Source of the DNA: Octopus bimaculoides
Lineage: Eukaryota
Direction: 5' to 3'
Length of the DNA stretch: 64,000 bases
Assembly: GCF_001194135.2 (NCBI RefSeq)
Contig: NC_068990.1
Span: 68,176,801-68,240,800, forward strand
Shown here: in pieces, positions 11,346 to 23,663 of the stretch
Layout of the letters: every line of letters starts with the position of its first letter
How positions within the stretch are numbered: the first letter of the stretch is position 1
Program-made: the position numbers and the translations under genes
Notes under the pieces: generated by a model
Seen by the model: only the letters and a program-made list of their open reading frames with translations
Databases searched by the model: none
Told to the model about the DNA's origin: nothing

Positions 11346-13619
11346 CGATTTTGTTTTACAATTACTTCCCTTTCTCTGCTCTACAGAAAAAGAGAGTAGA
11401 TGAGAATGAAAGAAGAAAAGACTTAAACAGTGATGATGATGATGGGGAGGAGGAGGAGGAGGAAGAGGAGGGTCACTCCCATCGAATTTGATGTACAAGT
11501 GTTTGAAGGAAAGGATTTAAAAAGAAAGATGAAAAATTTAAAAAAAACCTGCATCCGTTTGTGATGGATATGTGAATGTAATGGATGCGTGCTAATGATT
11601 CTGCCAGCTCACCAGCTTATTGTTGATAATAATAACAACAACGAAAACATTTGAGCATTCCCAACATTCTACACCTGAACTAATCAAAAGACATGTAACC
11701 GAAGGAAGCAGAGTCATTTAGTAGAAGGACACAGAAATGTCAATACAAGTAATTCTGTTAGTTGTGTTGACTTTCAGTATGTTTACAACCAACAAGAGAA
11801 TGGATTTACTTACTTTATGCTTAAAGACCACAAGCAAAACCAAGAATATTGTTTATTCTTAAGCTTTAGAATGAAGTAGTAAGTGTAGAAGACAATTTTA
11901 CAGCAATTCCTACTTCCATGGCAATACACAGAGATGCTAATTCATTTGTGATGTAGATTGTCATGCATGCTAAAAATCTTATTTCTGCAAGCTGTTACTT
12001 TGATACAGTTTCTGAGCATTACCTGGTACCTCAAATAATCTCCAGTAATTCTTTCATTCTGATCACTATTTTCTATGAAATACATTATCAACAAACAAAT
12101 GTGGATGGCAAATGTTTGGAGAATGTGTATAGTCGTGAGATGTCTTTGCTTCAGACTCACTTATCAAGATCACCTTAGGAAAATGCATCCAGTACACTCT
12201 GTAGAGTAGTTGCTAATAGGAAAGGAATTCAAGGCTAAAACATAAAGCAAGACAAAATGACATGTACATGAACCAGTGAATGAGAGCAGTGGCTCCCAGT
12301 AAGAAATGACTCAAAGTGTGGTGTCCAATCCAACCCACAACGGCATGAAAATCGGATGTAAATTAATAGTAATGAGATCAAATTGAATGGTCCTGCCCAG
12401 AGTCAAAACCATAAAGATTTCCAAAAGGCAGCTGACAATGAACTGTTTACCTGTTTTTCATTTGCTTACTTGTACATTTTTGTTGTGAGATTTTTTTGTA
12501 CCTTACTTTCTTTTCATTTCAATATCGTGTTTTTCATGTTTTAATGTATATTAATTTGTTATATTTCATTAATTGCTTGCTATGATTAGTGCTAGCCATA
12601 TTTGTTACAGTAGTTTTGTAGCATAAAACTTAAACCATAACAGAAATTTCTAACTCATTTCAGCAGGGAATGTGGATGTTCAATTATGACAATGGTGATG
12701 ATGATTATACTGTTACAAAACTATAGTAAACTTACAAAATGAAATAATATATATATTTTAATACATACAAATTTCTTAATCATATAAGTATCCAAATAGT
12801 AAAAATCAACACACACACACACATAGTAACATGCACACACACAAACATGTGTGTGCATAAGCATGTGTGTGAATATGCATGTGTTTATGTAGCAGCAATG
12901 ATTATATGTGTCTAAGTAAAAAAAAGATCTTGAGAGGCTTCATTCTTCTAGACAACACTAAAAGATAAGCAGGTGTGATGAGCAACATAACACACATACA
13001 CCTGCACACCCACATAACAGACAGACAGACAGACAGACATACACACACATACAAACATTCTGTAATAACCATAAAAGAGCGAAATGATAATTAAATTAGA
13101 TATGGGGGAAAAAATTTATTCAAACAAATTTATGGTATCGAAAAGAGGAAGGTAGTAGTAGTAGTAGTAGAATTAATAGTAGTAGTGGTGGTGGCGGCAG
13201 CGGTAGTGGTTGCGGCGGTATTAGTGGTGATGGTTGTTGTAGTTGTAGTAGCAGTAGTTGATAGATATAACTCGTGTTTCTTGTCGAAGCGTATTAAACT
13301 AAATAACAAGTCATAACAAATGCTTTCGTCTTTGTTCTTTGTTTTTGTTCTAAGTAAAATTCATTTTGTTCGCAAAAGCAAAAATTCTTGTTGACATATA
13401 TGGAACATTGGTTAATATCTCACACACATACACAACGGACAAATATAACCAAATCTAGAATGAACATTAGGAGGCTATATAATCTAGAATTTTATTGATA
13501 CAAATGTCAACTAATATAAGGATTTTACACACACTAAATCCCCAACATATGCACACAAAATGGCCAAGACAATCTCAGTGTGTGTATTGAATTTAAGAGG
13601 TGAATTTATCCTTATGATT

Positions 13620-14259
13620 AAGGTGGTGAGCTGGCAGAATCATTACCATGCCGAGCAAAATGATTAAAGACATTTGGTCCGTCCTTACATTCTGAGTTCA
13701 AATTATACCAAAGTTGACTTTACCTTTACTGAAATAAGTACCAATGAAGCATTGGTGTCGATGTAATCAACTGACCCCTCCCTGCAAATTTCAGGCTTTT
13801 GTGCCTTTAGTAGAAATGATCATTATTATTATTAAGACGAGCTGGTAGAGTCATTAGCATGCTGGCCTAAATGCTTAGTGGTATTTCATCTGTCTTTATG
13901 TTCTGAATTCAAATTTCATTGAGGTTGACTTTGCCTTTCATTCTCTTGAGGTCAATAAAATAAGTATCAGTCGAACACTGGGATTGATGTTATCGATTAG
14001 CCGCCTACCCCAAATTTGCTGGCCTTGTGCCAAAATTTGAAATCATTATTACTATTATTATTATCAAGGTGGCAAGCTGGCAGAATCGTTAGTGACATTT
14101 CATCTGTCTTTACATTCTGCATTCAAATTCTACCAAGATCAAATTTGTCTTTCATCCTTTCAGGGTTGATGAATCAAGTATCAATTGATCACTAAGGTTG
14201 ATGCAATCAACTAGCTCTCTCTCCCAAAATTTCAAGCCTTGTGCCTATAGTAGAATGGC
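13620..14259 (+). mobile_element. Head-to-tail array of three SINE-B copies joined by (ATT)n
   Basis: Units start at 13620, 13834 and 14066. Each has AAGG..GAGCTGGCAGAATC, a GTTCAAATT-type B-box and the GACTTTGCCTTTCAT core. Confidence 0.88.
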
Positions 14260-14464
14260 TTATTATTATTATTATCATTATTATTATTACTATTATTATT
14301 GTTGCTGTTGTTTTTTACTTTCAATCTGCATGTTTGTTACACTCACATGCCGAATCACACCCAGTGTCCAGAGGCGAGTGAAGGATAGCAGATGTCACAG
14401 TATTGCTGAAAGCTTGGGGATGAGGGAGTTGTGAAATATCTTCATGTAATACTACACAGACATT

Positions 14465-15075
14465 TAAATGGATAGGATGCACAACAGATAAGACTATTGG
14501 AAAAGAAAAAAATCCTAACATCGATCAAAAACAAGTAACCTTAGATGCTAAGACCCCTCCAAAGTATCCTAGCTATCCCTAATAATACTGTTTTCTGGAA
14601 TAATACTGTTTTCCTCTATCCATCTGTTCAGATCCTTAGGGATAGTTCCCAGTGCACCTATAATTACTGAGATGTATCTTACCCACACTCTCCATAGTCT
14701 CTGTAATTCAATGGCTAGGTCCTGGTACATTGCTATTTTCTCTATAACTCTCATTATTGATATTTTCATCATTTGGGACTATAAAGTCAATTATCTGGTA
14801 CTTTCTATTCTCTTTGTCTATTACTACCAAATCAGGCCTTCTAGCTTCTTTTACTCTGTCAGTCTCAATGTTAAAGTCCCACAACATCTTGTATTTCTTA
14901 CTTTCTAGTACTTTACTAGGTTCGTGTTCATACCATTTATCAGTATGTTCAAATCCTAGCTTTCTACATACCTCCCAGTGGATTACTCTCCCTAGGTTGT
15001 CATGTCGTTTCTTGTATTCTTTCTGTGCCAGCATGCAACATTGACTTACTATATGAGTAACGCTTTCCCTTTTTT
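14465..15075 (-). mobile_element. R4/Dong-like LINE family A, 5'-truncated, with zinc-knuckle region and REL endonuclease
   Basis: ESVTHIVSQCCMLAQKEYKKRHDNLGRVIHW...LWDFNIETDRVKEARRPDLVVIDKENRKYQIIDFIVPND, then after a frameshift EKIAMYQDLAIELQRLW...GALGTIPK. Its 3'UTR is similar to 9001-9070; flanked by (ATT)n. Confidence 0.92.
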
Positions 15076-15092
15076 GATTATAATTATTATAA

Positions 15093-15148
<56 letters not shown>

Positions 15149-15479
15149 TTGCTTCCTCAAAGTTCACTAACAGATTTTTATCTGATTAAATTGTCTAACC
15201 AGCTTTCAAAATAGCACACCATTTTTCAATTCACACAATGTATTTATGGTATATATTGATATCCAAAGAAAACATGCTTACTTCACTGGTTTACTAACAT
15301 TAAATGAAGCTCTCAGTCAACCACAGCACTTCAATAATCACAAAACATCTGTATAATATTAGTATTATCATTACTATAGCAATAATAGAAGTATTAATAT
15401 GACAACAATCAAGCAATTGTTATATTTTGGGTTGGTAATTTTTTTTTTTTTTTTTGCCAAATAAACATATGCATTATAT

Positions 15480-15850
15480 ATTCAGTCTTCATTTAAGTTT
15501 TATTATTGTTCTTATTTTACTGCCCTTTGTCTTATATTTTTTATCACACATAAGGGGACCTCTTCAGCAATTCCCCATCCAATGTGTCTCTTCCTGTTCT
15601 GTTTATGGACTAAACAGATCAGGAAGAGACATGTGGGATGAAAAGTTGCTGAAGAGATTACAGGATGTGATGAAAGATTTCAGACTAAGGACACTAAAAT
15701 AGGAATGATAATAAAGCTGAAGTGAAGAACAATTATATAGCGGGGGTGTTTATTTCGGAAGAAAAAAATAAATGACCATTCCAAAATATAACAATATTTG
15801 TTTCAACACACAATTTCACATCAGGAATCTTGCAAAACTAATACAAAACA
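15480..15850. mobile_element. Long palindromic foldback element, copy 2
   Basis: Central inverted repeats GTCTCTTCCTG/CAGGAAGAGAC and TCTGTTTA/TAAACAGA. The right arm ends GTTTCAACACACAATTTCACATCAGGAATCTTGCAA, the reverse complement of the copy-1 left arm. Confidence 0.75.
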
Positions 15851-15864
15851 AATGTAATCAAACT

Positions 15865-16590
15865 ATCACTATGACAATAGGCAAGCTTTAATCATGACAA
15901 TAGTCAAATTATTAGTATGACAATTGTGACGGTTTGACTCTTTTGTCAAAGTGGCTATTAGTATGACAATAATCAACCTGACATTATGGCAATAGTCAAA
16001 CTATTTCTATGGTAATAGTCAAACTATGAGTAACTGCAGTAGTCAAATTGTCACCATAGTGAAACTTTTGCTATGACTATAGTCAAACAATTATTATCAA
16101 ACTACACAATGACAATACAAAAAAGTTGCTGTGACACTAGTCAAACTATTAACCCTTTACCATTTAAACCAGCCATATCCAGCCAAAATAATTTACCTGT
16201 ATTATCTTCAAACTGGTCAGATCTGGCCTCTCACACTTACCCAACAAAATTATTCTAAAAATAAACAATCACTACATTGAAATCTCAAAGCGACAAGATA
16301 ATGCATGACTAATTCATATCAATGTGAATAAATAAGCATTTCACTTGACAGAGAAATCTGAATGCTAAAGGGTTTAAACAACTATGGCAATAATAAAACT
16401 ATCACTATGACAGTAGTCAAATAATTGTTATAACACTAGCTCAACTATGCTCATGTCAATAGCCACACAAATGTCATAACAGTCAAACTAATACAATGAC
16501 AATAGTGAAACAACTTCTACCAGTGATAAAAGCTAAAAAAACTTGTGGAATGACAAAAAACAAATTGTCGTTATCACTATAACACTAGTG
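15865..16590. repeat. Degenerate ~22-26 bp minisatellite with a TGAC-N4-GTCA core
   Basis: About 15 variants of ATGACAATAGTCAAACT. Exact TGAC-N4-GTCA occurs at 15895, 16074, 16132 and 16408. Confidence 0.75.
16153..16372 (+). mobile_element. piggyBac-type MITE, family 1, inserted into the minisatellite
   Basis: TTAA(16149-52)|CCCTTTACCATT...AATGCTAAAGGG|TTTAA. Confidence 0.85.
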
Positions 16591-17519
16591 GAATTATCAC
16601 CAAATAATAAATATAGCATTATGATAGCTATATTTTCTAAATAATGCAATGTTTTTTTTTTGAGTAGAAGTAACAGTAGCATTAGTGAATAGAAGCAGCT
16701 TTAAACAGTTACTATGCTACTGGTATCAAGTGTTAGCCAAGACACTTCTCATTAGTTTTCTAGTCATTCAAACTACCCTAACTACCTACAAAATGTCAGT
16801 AATTAACACTGATATGTCTGTCAAATGATTGGCATTAATCAGCATTTCTCATGATAACTACTATCCAGGTTTATATTATTCCACCTCATCCTACCTGAAG
16901 TTGCTTTTACCTTTTAATTAAAAACTACGCCTCTACCTACCAACCAACCAACTTACACTGTTCCCTGAAAAACAGACAACCTTTTAACAGAGAAACTGAC
17001 CTTACCAGTCCAAACACCTCTCCTACATCTCTCATTTCTCCTCACCAATTGAAATGAGAGTAATAAAACATCATTGCTTAGTGTAATCAATATGTCTTAC
17101 TGAAATATGTCTTCTCTATAACATTAATTAGTTACCGTTAGCTTCTCAAGCAGGTGCACCATATGCACTGACAGTGTTTCAAGTATACACGTGACATTCA
17201 TTAGCTGTTTAAACTAGCTGGAATTTATTATTTGAAAATTATGATTAGACTGTCTGTGTTCTTTCTGACATAAAATGTAAGAGGGAAGTGGGGAAGTGGA
17301 GCAGTAGGGAAAGTGTTTATGTTGATAATATTTTTGAAAGAGATGTTGAAAGATGGAAACAAAATGGTAAAAAAAGTAAATGTGAGTTGTTGTGGAGAGG
17401 TGAGGTAAAGCAGAAGAAAAACTTATAAATAAAGGCAATGAAAGTGATATATATATATACATATACATATNNNNNNNNNNNNTATATATATATATATATA
17501 TATATGTTTATATATTTTA

Positions 17520-17925
17520 TAGGCACAGACCTGGGTGTGTGGTAGAAAGCTTGCATGGTTCTGAACATGGTTCTGGATTCAAACCCACTGTGTGGCACCT
17601 TGGGCAGGTGCCTTGTACTATAGCCTTGGGCTGACCAAAGCCTTGTAAGTAAATGAGGTAGAAAGAAACTGAAAGAAGCTTGTTTGTGTGTGTATGTGTA
17701 TTTATGTGTGTCTGTGTTTGTCATCCACCACCACTTAACAACTGGGGCTGGTGTGTTTATGTCACCATAACTTAGCAGTTCAGCAAAAGAACCCATTAGA
17801 ATAAGTACCAGGCTTAAAATGTGAGAAGAAAGTCCCGGGGTCAATTTACTTGACATAAAATTCCTCAAAGCGGTGTCCCACCATGGCTGCAGTCCAATAA
17901 ATGAAACAAGTAAAAGACAAAAGAT
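17520..17925 (+). mobile_element. SINE-A, full length
   Basis: tRNA-like head, CCTTGGGCAGGTGCCTTGTACTATAGCC core, central (TG)n and A-type 3' module ending TAAAAGACAAAAGATA. Confidence 0.85.
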
Positions 17926-18982
17926 AATATATATATATATATATATATATATTTAAATCTCTGTTGCTTCACCAGAAGTGATAGATTGTAGAACTCAGTA
18001 CAAATGTAGAGTATTGTTTAACACATTATAACTGAAAGACTTTCTGAATGGTGTGCCTAACAAAAAAATTACATGTTTTTGTTTTAGAAGTGTGGCCTAC
18101 CTGATGACTCTTGTTAGATTCATTGATCCAGGAGGGTAGCTTACACTGAGGAGACACTAAATAAGGTCAAAACATCAGTTTCTCAAGGCCCTGTAACACA
18201 TCAGTGAATTGCATGTTATGAATACACATCATCTAAAAGATGTTCTCAGCTGGTGAAAAACAACAGTAATCAGATATTTACGTTCCAATCTATCAGAATG
18301 TATTAAGAATAAATGGAGATGTTATTGTCTGAATTCTTTCTGTTCTGCATGCAACTTTTGAATTATTACATATTTTTTAAACTTGCCAAAATGTTATGGC
18401 CACTTTTTTTCTATTTATTTGCTTTTTTTTTTTTTTTTCTTAGACTAAAATATGTTTTATCATTGAATACCTATGACAGTCAAGTTTCCTTAATGTAAAA
18501 TATTCTGTCCTCTATGGTGAAGAGGTTCCTTTAATTAATCACATCATACATACAAAAGAAGGAGAAAACTACAAATCTAATCTCTCTTATCTAAGTCTTT
18601 CATTCTCCACATATATCATAACATGTCATTTCTCTGCTTCTTTTATTGCTCTTATAATGGATTCTGATTTTTACAACCATCCATATGGCTGTATCTCATT
18701 TTCACTGCAACAGACATTTTACATCAACTTCTCACTTTATATTGTGTTTTTAGCCCACAGACCAAACAACCATTACATGCAATATCCATTTCCAAACAAG
18801 TGACTCTGTAGAAAATCCCCTTTCCTTCTCATGTTTTACCATTCAATAAACTAAGCTTCATCTCTTTAAGCTCAATATTGACTGCATCAGCATTGCTGTT
18901 CTCACTAAACATATTCACCTTTATGAACCGAGAGAGCCTTTAAAGATTATGGCTAACACATTTCCATTCTGGATACATATAA

Positions 18983-19021
<39 letters not shown>

Positions 19022-19439
19022 CGCACACATATATATATACGCACACACACACATACATGCATATATATATATATATATATATNNNNNNNNNNNNNNNNNN
19101 NNNNNNNNNNNNNNNNNNNNNNNNNNNNNNNNNNNNNNNNNNNNNNNNNNNNNNNNNNNNNNNNNNNNNNNNNNNNNTATATACATATGTGTGTGTGTAT
19201 CTGTATGTGTATATATATATATATATATACATAAATATGTATAAATGAGTATGTATATAAATGTATGCACATAAAGCTAAAGTTGAACATAATGTTATAC
19301 ATTTTGTCACAAAAACTATCACTAAAGAATAAGTAATAAACAACTCTAAAATATTAAAATATGTAAGTTTAAGACAATAACAGAAAATGGGCCAAAGAAA
19401 TGCATTTATTAAAATATGTGTTTACATATTGTTATATTT

Positions 19440-19785
19440 TATTGCTATATTTCGGGATGATTAATTGTCTTTTTTTTAGTGTCCTTTGTCTGAAATCTTT
19501 TGTCACATATTCTGTGATCTCTTCAGTGACTCTCCATTCACATGGGATGGAGACCCACAGAAGAGATGATAGGATATATAATGAAAGGTTTCAGACAAAA
19601 GACGCTAAAATAAGAATAATTATAAACTGAAGTGAAAAATGAATATATAGTGCATGTATTATTTGACAAACAAACAAAAAAAAGTGACCACCCTGGAATA
19701 TAATGATAATGTGTTTCAACACACAATTTCACATCAGGAATCTTGCAAAGCAAGTACATAAATATATTTACATATTACAATATGT
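19440..19785. mobile_element. Long palindromic foldback element, copy 3
   Basis: GTGTCCTTTGTCTGAAATCTTTTGTCACATATTCTGTGATCTCTTC pairs with GAAGAGATGATAGGATATATAATGAAAGGTTTCAGACAAAAGACGC. Same right-arm end as copy 2. Confidence 0.75.
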
Positions 19786-19790
19786 TTATA

Positions 19791-19971
19791 CCTCACTTGT
19801 GCTGGTGGTAAAGGAAAATGCACTAACTGCATAAAGTGAAATGGACTTCGGAAAGGACATTGAACCATAGAAACCATGCCAAAGGAGACAGTGGAGCAGG
19901 ATGTGGTTCTTGCATTTGTTGGATGCTGTCAGATCATCCTACACATGGAATACAAATGATGATGATGATGA
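19791..19971 (+). mobile_element. (GAT)n-tailed SINE/LINE 3' fragment (tail-E, RTE-like)
   Basis: GAAGGACATTGAACCATAGAAACCATGCCAAA...(GAT)n. The same module recurs at 35470-35612, 36095-36198, 62270-62405 and 62850-63040. Confidence 0.6.
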
Positions 19972-21635
19972 GTGTATAAGTGTGTGTCCTTAATTGTGAG
20001 TTTGTGTATGCAAATATTTGTTGAATGTAAGCAACTGACTTTTTCTATTTTCGATGGAACCTGCTGAAAAATTAGCTTGAAAATAGCATTAACAAAAATA
20101 ATGATATCACGGATAACAACAATTAATTGAAGAAGAAGAAGAAGAAGAAGAAATATTAAACATGAGAGAGAAAAAAAACCAAGTAGAGGAGGAAGGATAG
20201 AAGATGAGTTGTTTCAACAGATGTGAGAAGCCTGTTAGCTCAATGAAATGGTGTAGTTATCTTAGAAAACAAGAATGTTGCAGAAAATGGTGCTATTGAT
20301 GGCTGTGTTGATAAGTAATGATAACAATGATGATAATGAGGTGAAGGAAATGTTGATTGAAGTAAAAAAGATTTTCATCAAAATGTAATTGATAGGGCAA
20401 GCTATTTATGATATGAAACTATATGCAAGGCAAGAGGTGATGCATCAATTATTACATCAAAATTATAAAGAAATTTAAAATATACCAGGCAAAAGTTATG
20501 ATACAACATGTTTTGGAAAAGTAATAGTTTTAATTCTTTTATCTTTGCTGTTATTGTTTATTTTTGAACAAAGAAATTGACATGAATCTTGGTGATGTAA
20601 TTTACATCTTGTCTATTGAGCAACCCCTCTCTTATGCCACTGTATCTTCTACTTCAGTTAAGTCCTTTCAGTTATATATATCTAATGAAAGGCACTACCT
20701 GTCTGTTTCAAAGAGTCCATTAATATTTTAGTGTGTTTTTGATGTGGTAAATGAATAATCAGCAATAAAAATATTTGTATGCTGTGTAATTCACAAAATC
20801 ACACTAAACCGAGTACAACATTTCATTTTGTTTTATTTAACTGGGATCATAATATCTACATTTTTACAGCAGTTCAATAAATAACAGCATTTGAAAATTA
20901 ATGAATAAAAGAAAACTTGGTCACTGCAGCATGCTGAAAATATACCACAATGATTCATAACTAGCAAGGAAAGATTAAGATAGGGAAATAAAAACTACTT
21001 AGCAGGAGATTTAACTAATATAGCTTAGTGTGGTGCCTTCAACTGTTACTAATATTTGGAAGGTGGAGAAAAATGACAATCTCTTGTAGAATCTGATAAC
21101 TCTCTTTTTAGTTAAATTACTCCATCTTCATGATATAATACCAGCTAAGTTTCAGGACATTCCTATAAGCTATTTGCAATAAGATTTCAGTTCACCATTT
21201 GATCTGATTGGCTTAGCAACAACCATATGATTTTACTGTATTTTGTGACAGCTGTACTCTGAAGCTAGGAAACTCGAATGCAATGGCTCAAAACAGTGTC
21301 ATCATACTACAATATAATTGGCAGTGTGTCTCCATCTCTCAATCTATCTCCATATGTCTATCCCCTCAGAGGGAGATAACTCTGGCCTTATTGACTTTAT
21401 CTTCTTTGATTACTCTATACTAACTAGAGTTTAGCCTATCATATTGCTTCTAATTTAGACACAACGCCAGGGCTGTGTGGGGTGAATCAATTACATTGAC
21501 TCCAGTATATGATAAGTACTTTACTTTACTGACTCAAAAGAATGACAAACAAAATTAACCTTGATGCTTTCACAATTCTACCAATCCACAGGCAATGTTG
21601 GGAACATTCTTTTACAATTATTAGTAGTGTCACAT

Positions 21636-22024
21636 GTGGAGGCGCAATGGCCCAGTGGTTAGGGCAGCAGACTCGTGGTCATAGGATCACGGTTTCGATT
21701 CCCAGACCGGGCGTTGTGAGTGTTTATTGAGCGAAAACACCTAAAGCTCCACGAGGCTCCGGCAGGGGATGGTGGCGAACCCTGCTGTACTCTTCCACCA
21801 CAACTTTCTCTCACTCTTTCTCTCCTGTTTCTGTTGTACCTGTATTTGAAAGGGCCAGCCTTGTCACATTGTGTCATGCTGAATATCCTCGAGAACTACG
21901 TTAAGGGTACACGTGTCTGTGGAGTGCTCAGCCACTGGCACGTTAATTTCATGAGCAGGCTGTTCCGTTGATTAGATCAACTGGAACCCTCGACGTCATA
22001 AGCGACGGAGTGCCAACAACAACA
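21636..22024 (+). mobile_element. SINE-C, full length, (CAA)n tail
   Basis: A-box TGGCCCAGTGG, B-box GGTTTCGATTCC, CpGs retained. Imperfect TSD AGTGTCA(C/T)AT; highly similar to 33384-33750. Confidence 0.9.
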
Positions 22025-22139
22025 AGTGTCATATAAAGTGATACTTCTAGTTATTTAGTAATTAAGTAGTTTTGATAAACATACATTCATTGCAAATATA
22101 TAAATGAGCAATTTGTTTTAACCTTATTTTAATACATGT

Positions 22140-23220
22140 AGGTGCAGGTGAGGTTGTATGGTTAAGAAATCTGCTGCAGCCCCATTGCATGGCACTTTGG
22201 GCAAGTGTCTTCAACTATAACCTCGGACCAACCAAAGCCTCATAAGTGGATTTGGTAGATGGAATCTGACAGAAGCCCATTATGCAATATAAATGTATAT
22301 ATGTGTGAGTGTGAAGGCGCATGGCTCAGTGGTTAGAGCGTCGAGCTTACGATCATGAAGTTGTAAGTTCGATTCCCAAACCGGGCTGCGTGTTGTGTTC
22401 TTGAGCAAGACACTTTATTTCATGTTGCTACAGTTAACTCAGCTGTAGAAATGAGTTGTGACATCACAGGTGCCAAGCTGTATCAGNNNNNNNNNNNNNN
22501 NNNTTGTGACATCACAGGTGCCAAGCTGTATCAGCCTTTGCCTTTCCCTTGGATAACATCAGTGGTGTGAAGAGAGGAGGCTGGTATGCATGGGTGACTG
22601 CTGACCTTCCATAAACAGCCTTGCCCAGACTTGTGCCTTGGAGGGTAACTTTCTAGGTGCAATCCCATGGTTATTCATGACCAAAGGGGGTNNNNNNNNN
22701 NAGGTGCAATCCCATGGTTATTCATGACCAAAGGGGGTCTCCTCCATGTATGGGTATGTGTATGTTTGTGTTACCTTGTTTTCACCATCATATGATAGTT
22801 GTAAATGAGTGTCACTGTCATTCAAGCAGTGTGGTTCATTTCCAGTATTCTGCCAAAACACAGGCGGAAAGCTGGCAGAATCATCAGCAAGCTTGGAAAA
22901 ATGTTTAGTGGCATTTCATTCAGCTTTACATTCTGAGTTCAAATTCTGTCAAGGCTGACTTTGCCTTTCAGTTTTGTGGGGGGGTTGATAAAATAAGAAG
23001 CAGTTAAGCACTGGGATTGATGTAATCAGCTTACCCACACCCCAAACTTGCAGGCCTTTTGCCAAAATTTGAAACCAATTTTCTGCAAAGACATATCTGA
23101 CAATTGGAAAATATGACATGCTTGGAAACAGGTGAGGGTTGGCAACAGGAAAGGAATCCAGCTATAAAAAAATTATTCTCAATAAGCTATCTGACAGATA
23201 CAAGCATGGAAAAGTGGATG
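22140..23220 (+). mobile_element. SINE-A head with the alternative 3' module, host to nested SINE-D and SINE-B
   Basis: Head/core at 22140-22280. The 3' module resumes after 22740 (GATAGTTGTAAATGAGTGTCACTGTC), is interrupted by SINE-B at 22865-23075, and ends GGAAACAGGTGAGGGTTGGCAACAGG...GATGATGAGG. Confidence 0.7.
22313..22740 (+). mobile_element. SINE-D, near full length
   Basis: GAAGGCGCATGGCTCAGTGGTTAGAGCG...AGTTCGATTCCC...TGTGTTCTTGAGCAAGACACTTT. Homologous to 58940-59232 and 36301-36418. Confidence 0.88.
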
Positions 23221-23663
23221 TTAAAACAATGATGAGGAAGAAATGTTTTTATATTTTGAAAATTATTATTCTTTACACCATGAAACTTGGAGAAAGTAAA
23301 ATTATTAAAAGTCTTTACTCACAATGGCAAAAATAAACTCCTAACACTACTTTCAAAATAGTCAACAGTTTGGAGAGATTTATCAAAACAATCAACTCTG
23401 ACATCACTAAGATAATGCTTAGAACAACAAAATGTTTCTTACATAAAAAAAAATGATGGAAGATTTGAATTTAATTATGAATATTTCAAGGACAATTTTG
23501 TATTCTAGAACAAGAAATTTTAAGCCGGTTGGTATAAAAAAAAAAAAATCAAGCCTATATTCTTCATAGATCTTATGCTTAAATTTGCACCACCTCTTTA
23601 CATTGCAAAATGTGATTAAACCAATATTTGCCTCGTTGTTATGTTCACTGTTCTCTTCATAAT

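Noticed and set aside
11778-11878. Plus-strand exon-like segment (TTTCAG|...|GTAAGT, YVYNQQENGFTYFMLK...); similar case at ~54144-54194
   Set aside because: No homology and no partner exon in a compatible phase, so indistinguishable from chance splice-like matches.
15865-16590. Regularly spaced quasi-palindromic repeats resembling a CRISPR array
   Set aside because: Units are degenerate, spacers are too short and not unique, there are no cas genes, and the context is eukaryotic. The 35-bp duplication at 60749 also has no spacer.
18101-18135. CTGATGA as a further hammerhead core
   Set aside because: No stem II closed by GAAA follows. Other CTGATGA/TCATCAG hits I noticed (27683, 42745, 53858, 63103) also fail.
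21636-21720. tRNA-like heads (also 22313, 32765, 33384, 58940) as functional tRNA genes
   Set aside because: They have A/B boxes but no complete cloverleaf or acceptor stem, and they continue into SINE bodies with tails or TSDs.
22456-22534. 31-bp direct repeat on both sides of a short N-gap
   Set aside because: The identical overlap across a gap is an unmerged contig overlap. The same applies to 22655-22738.
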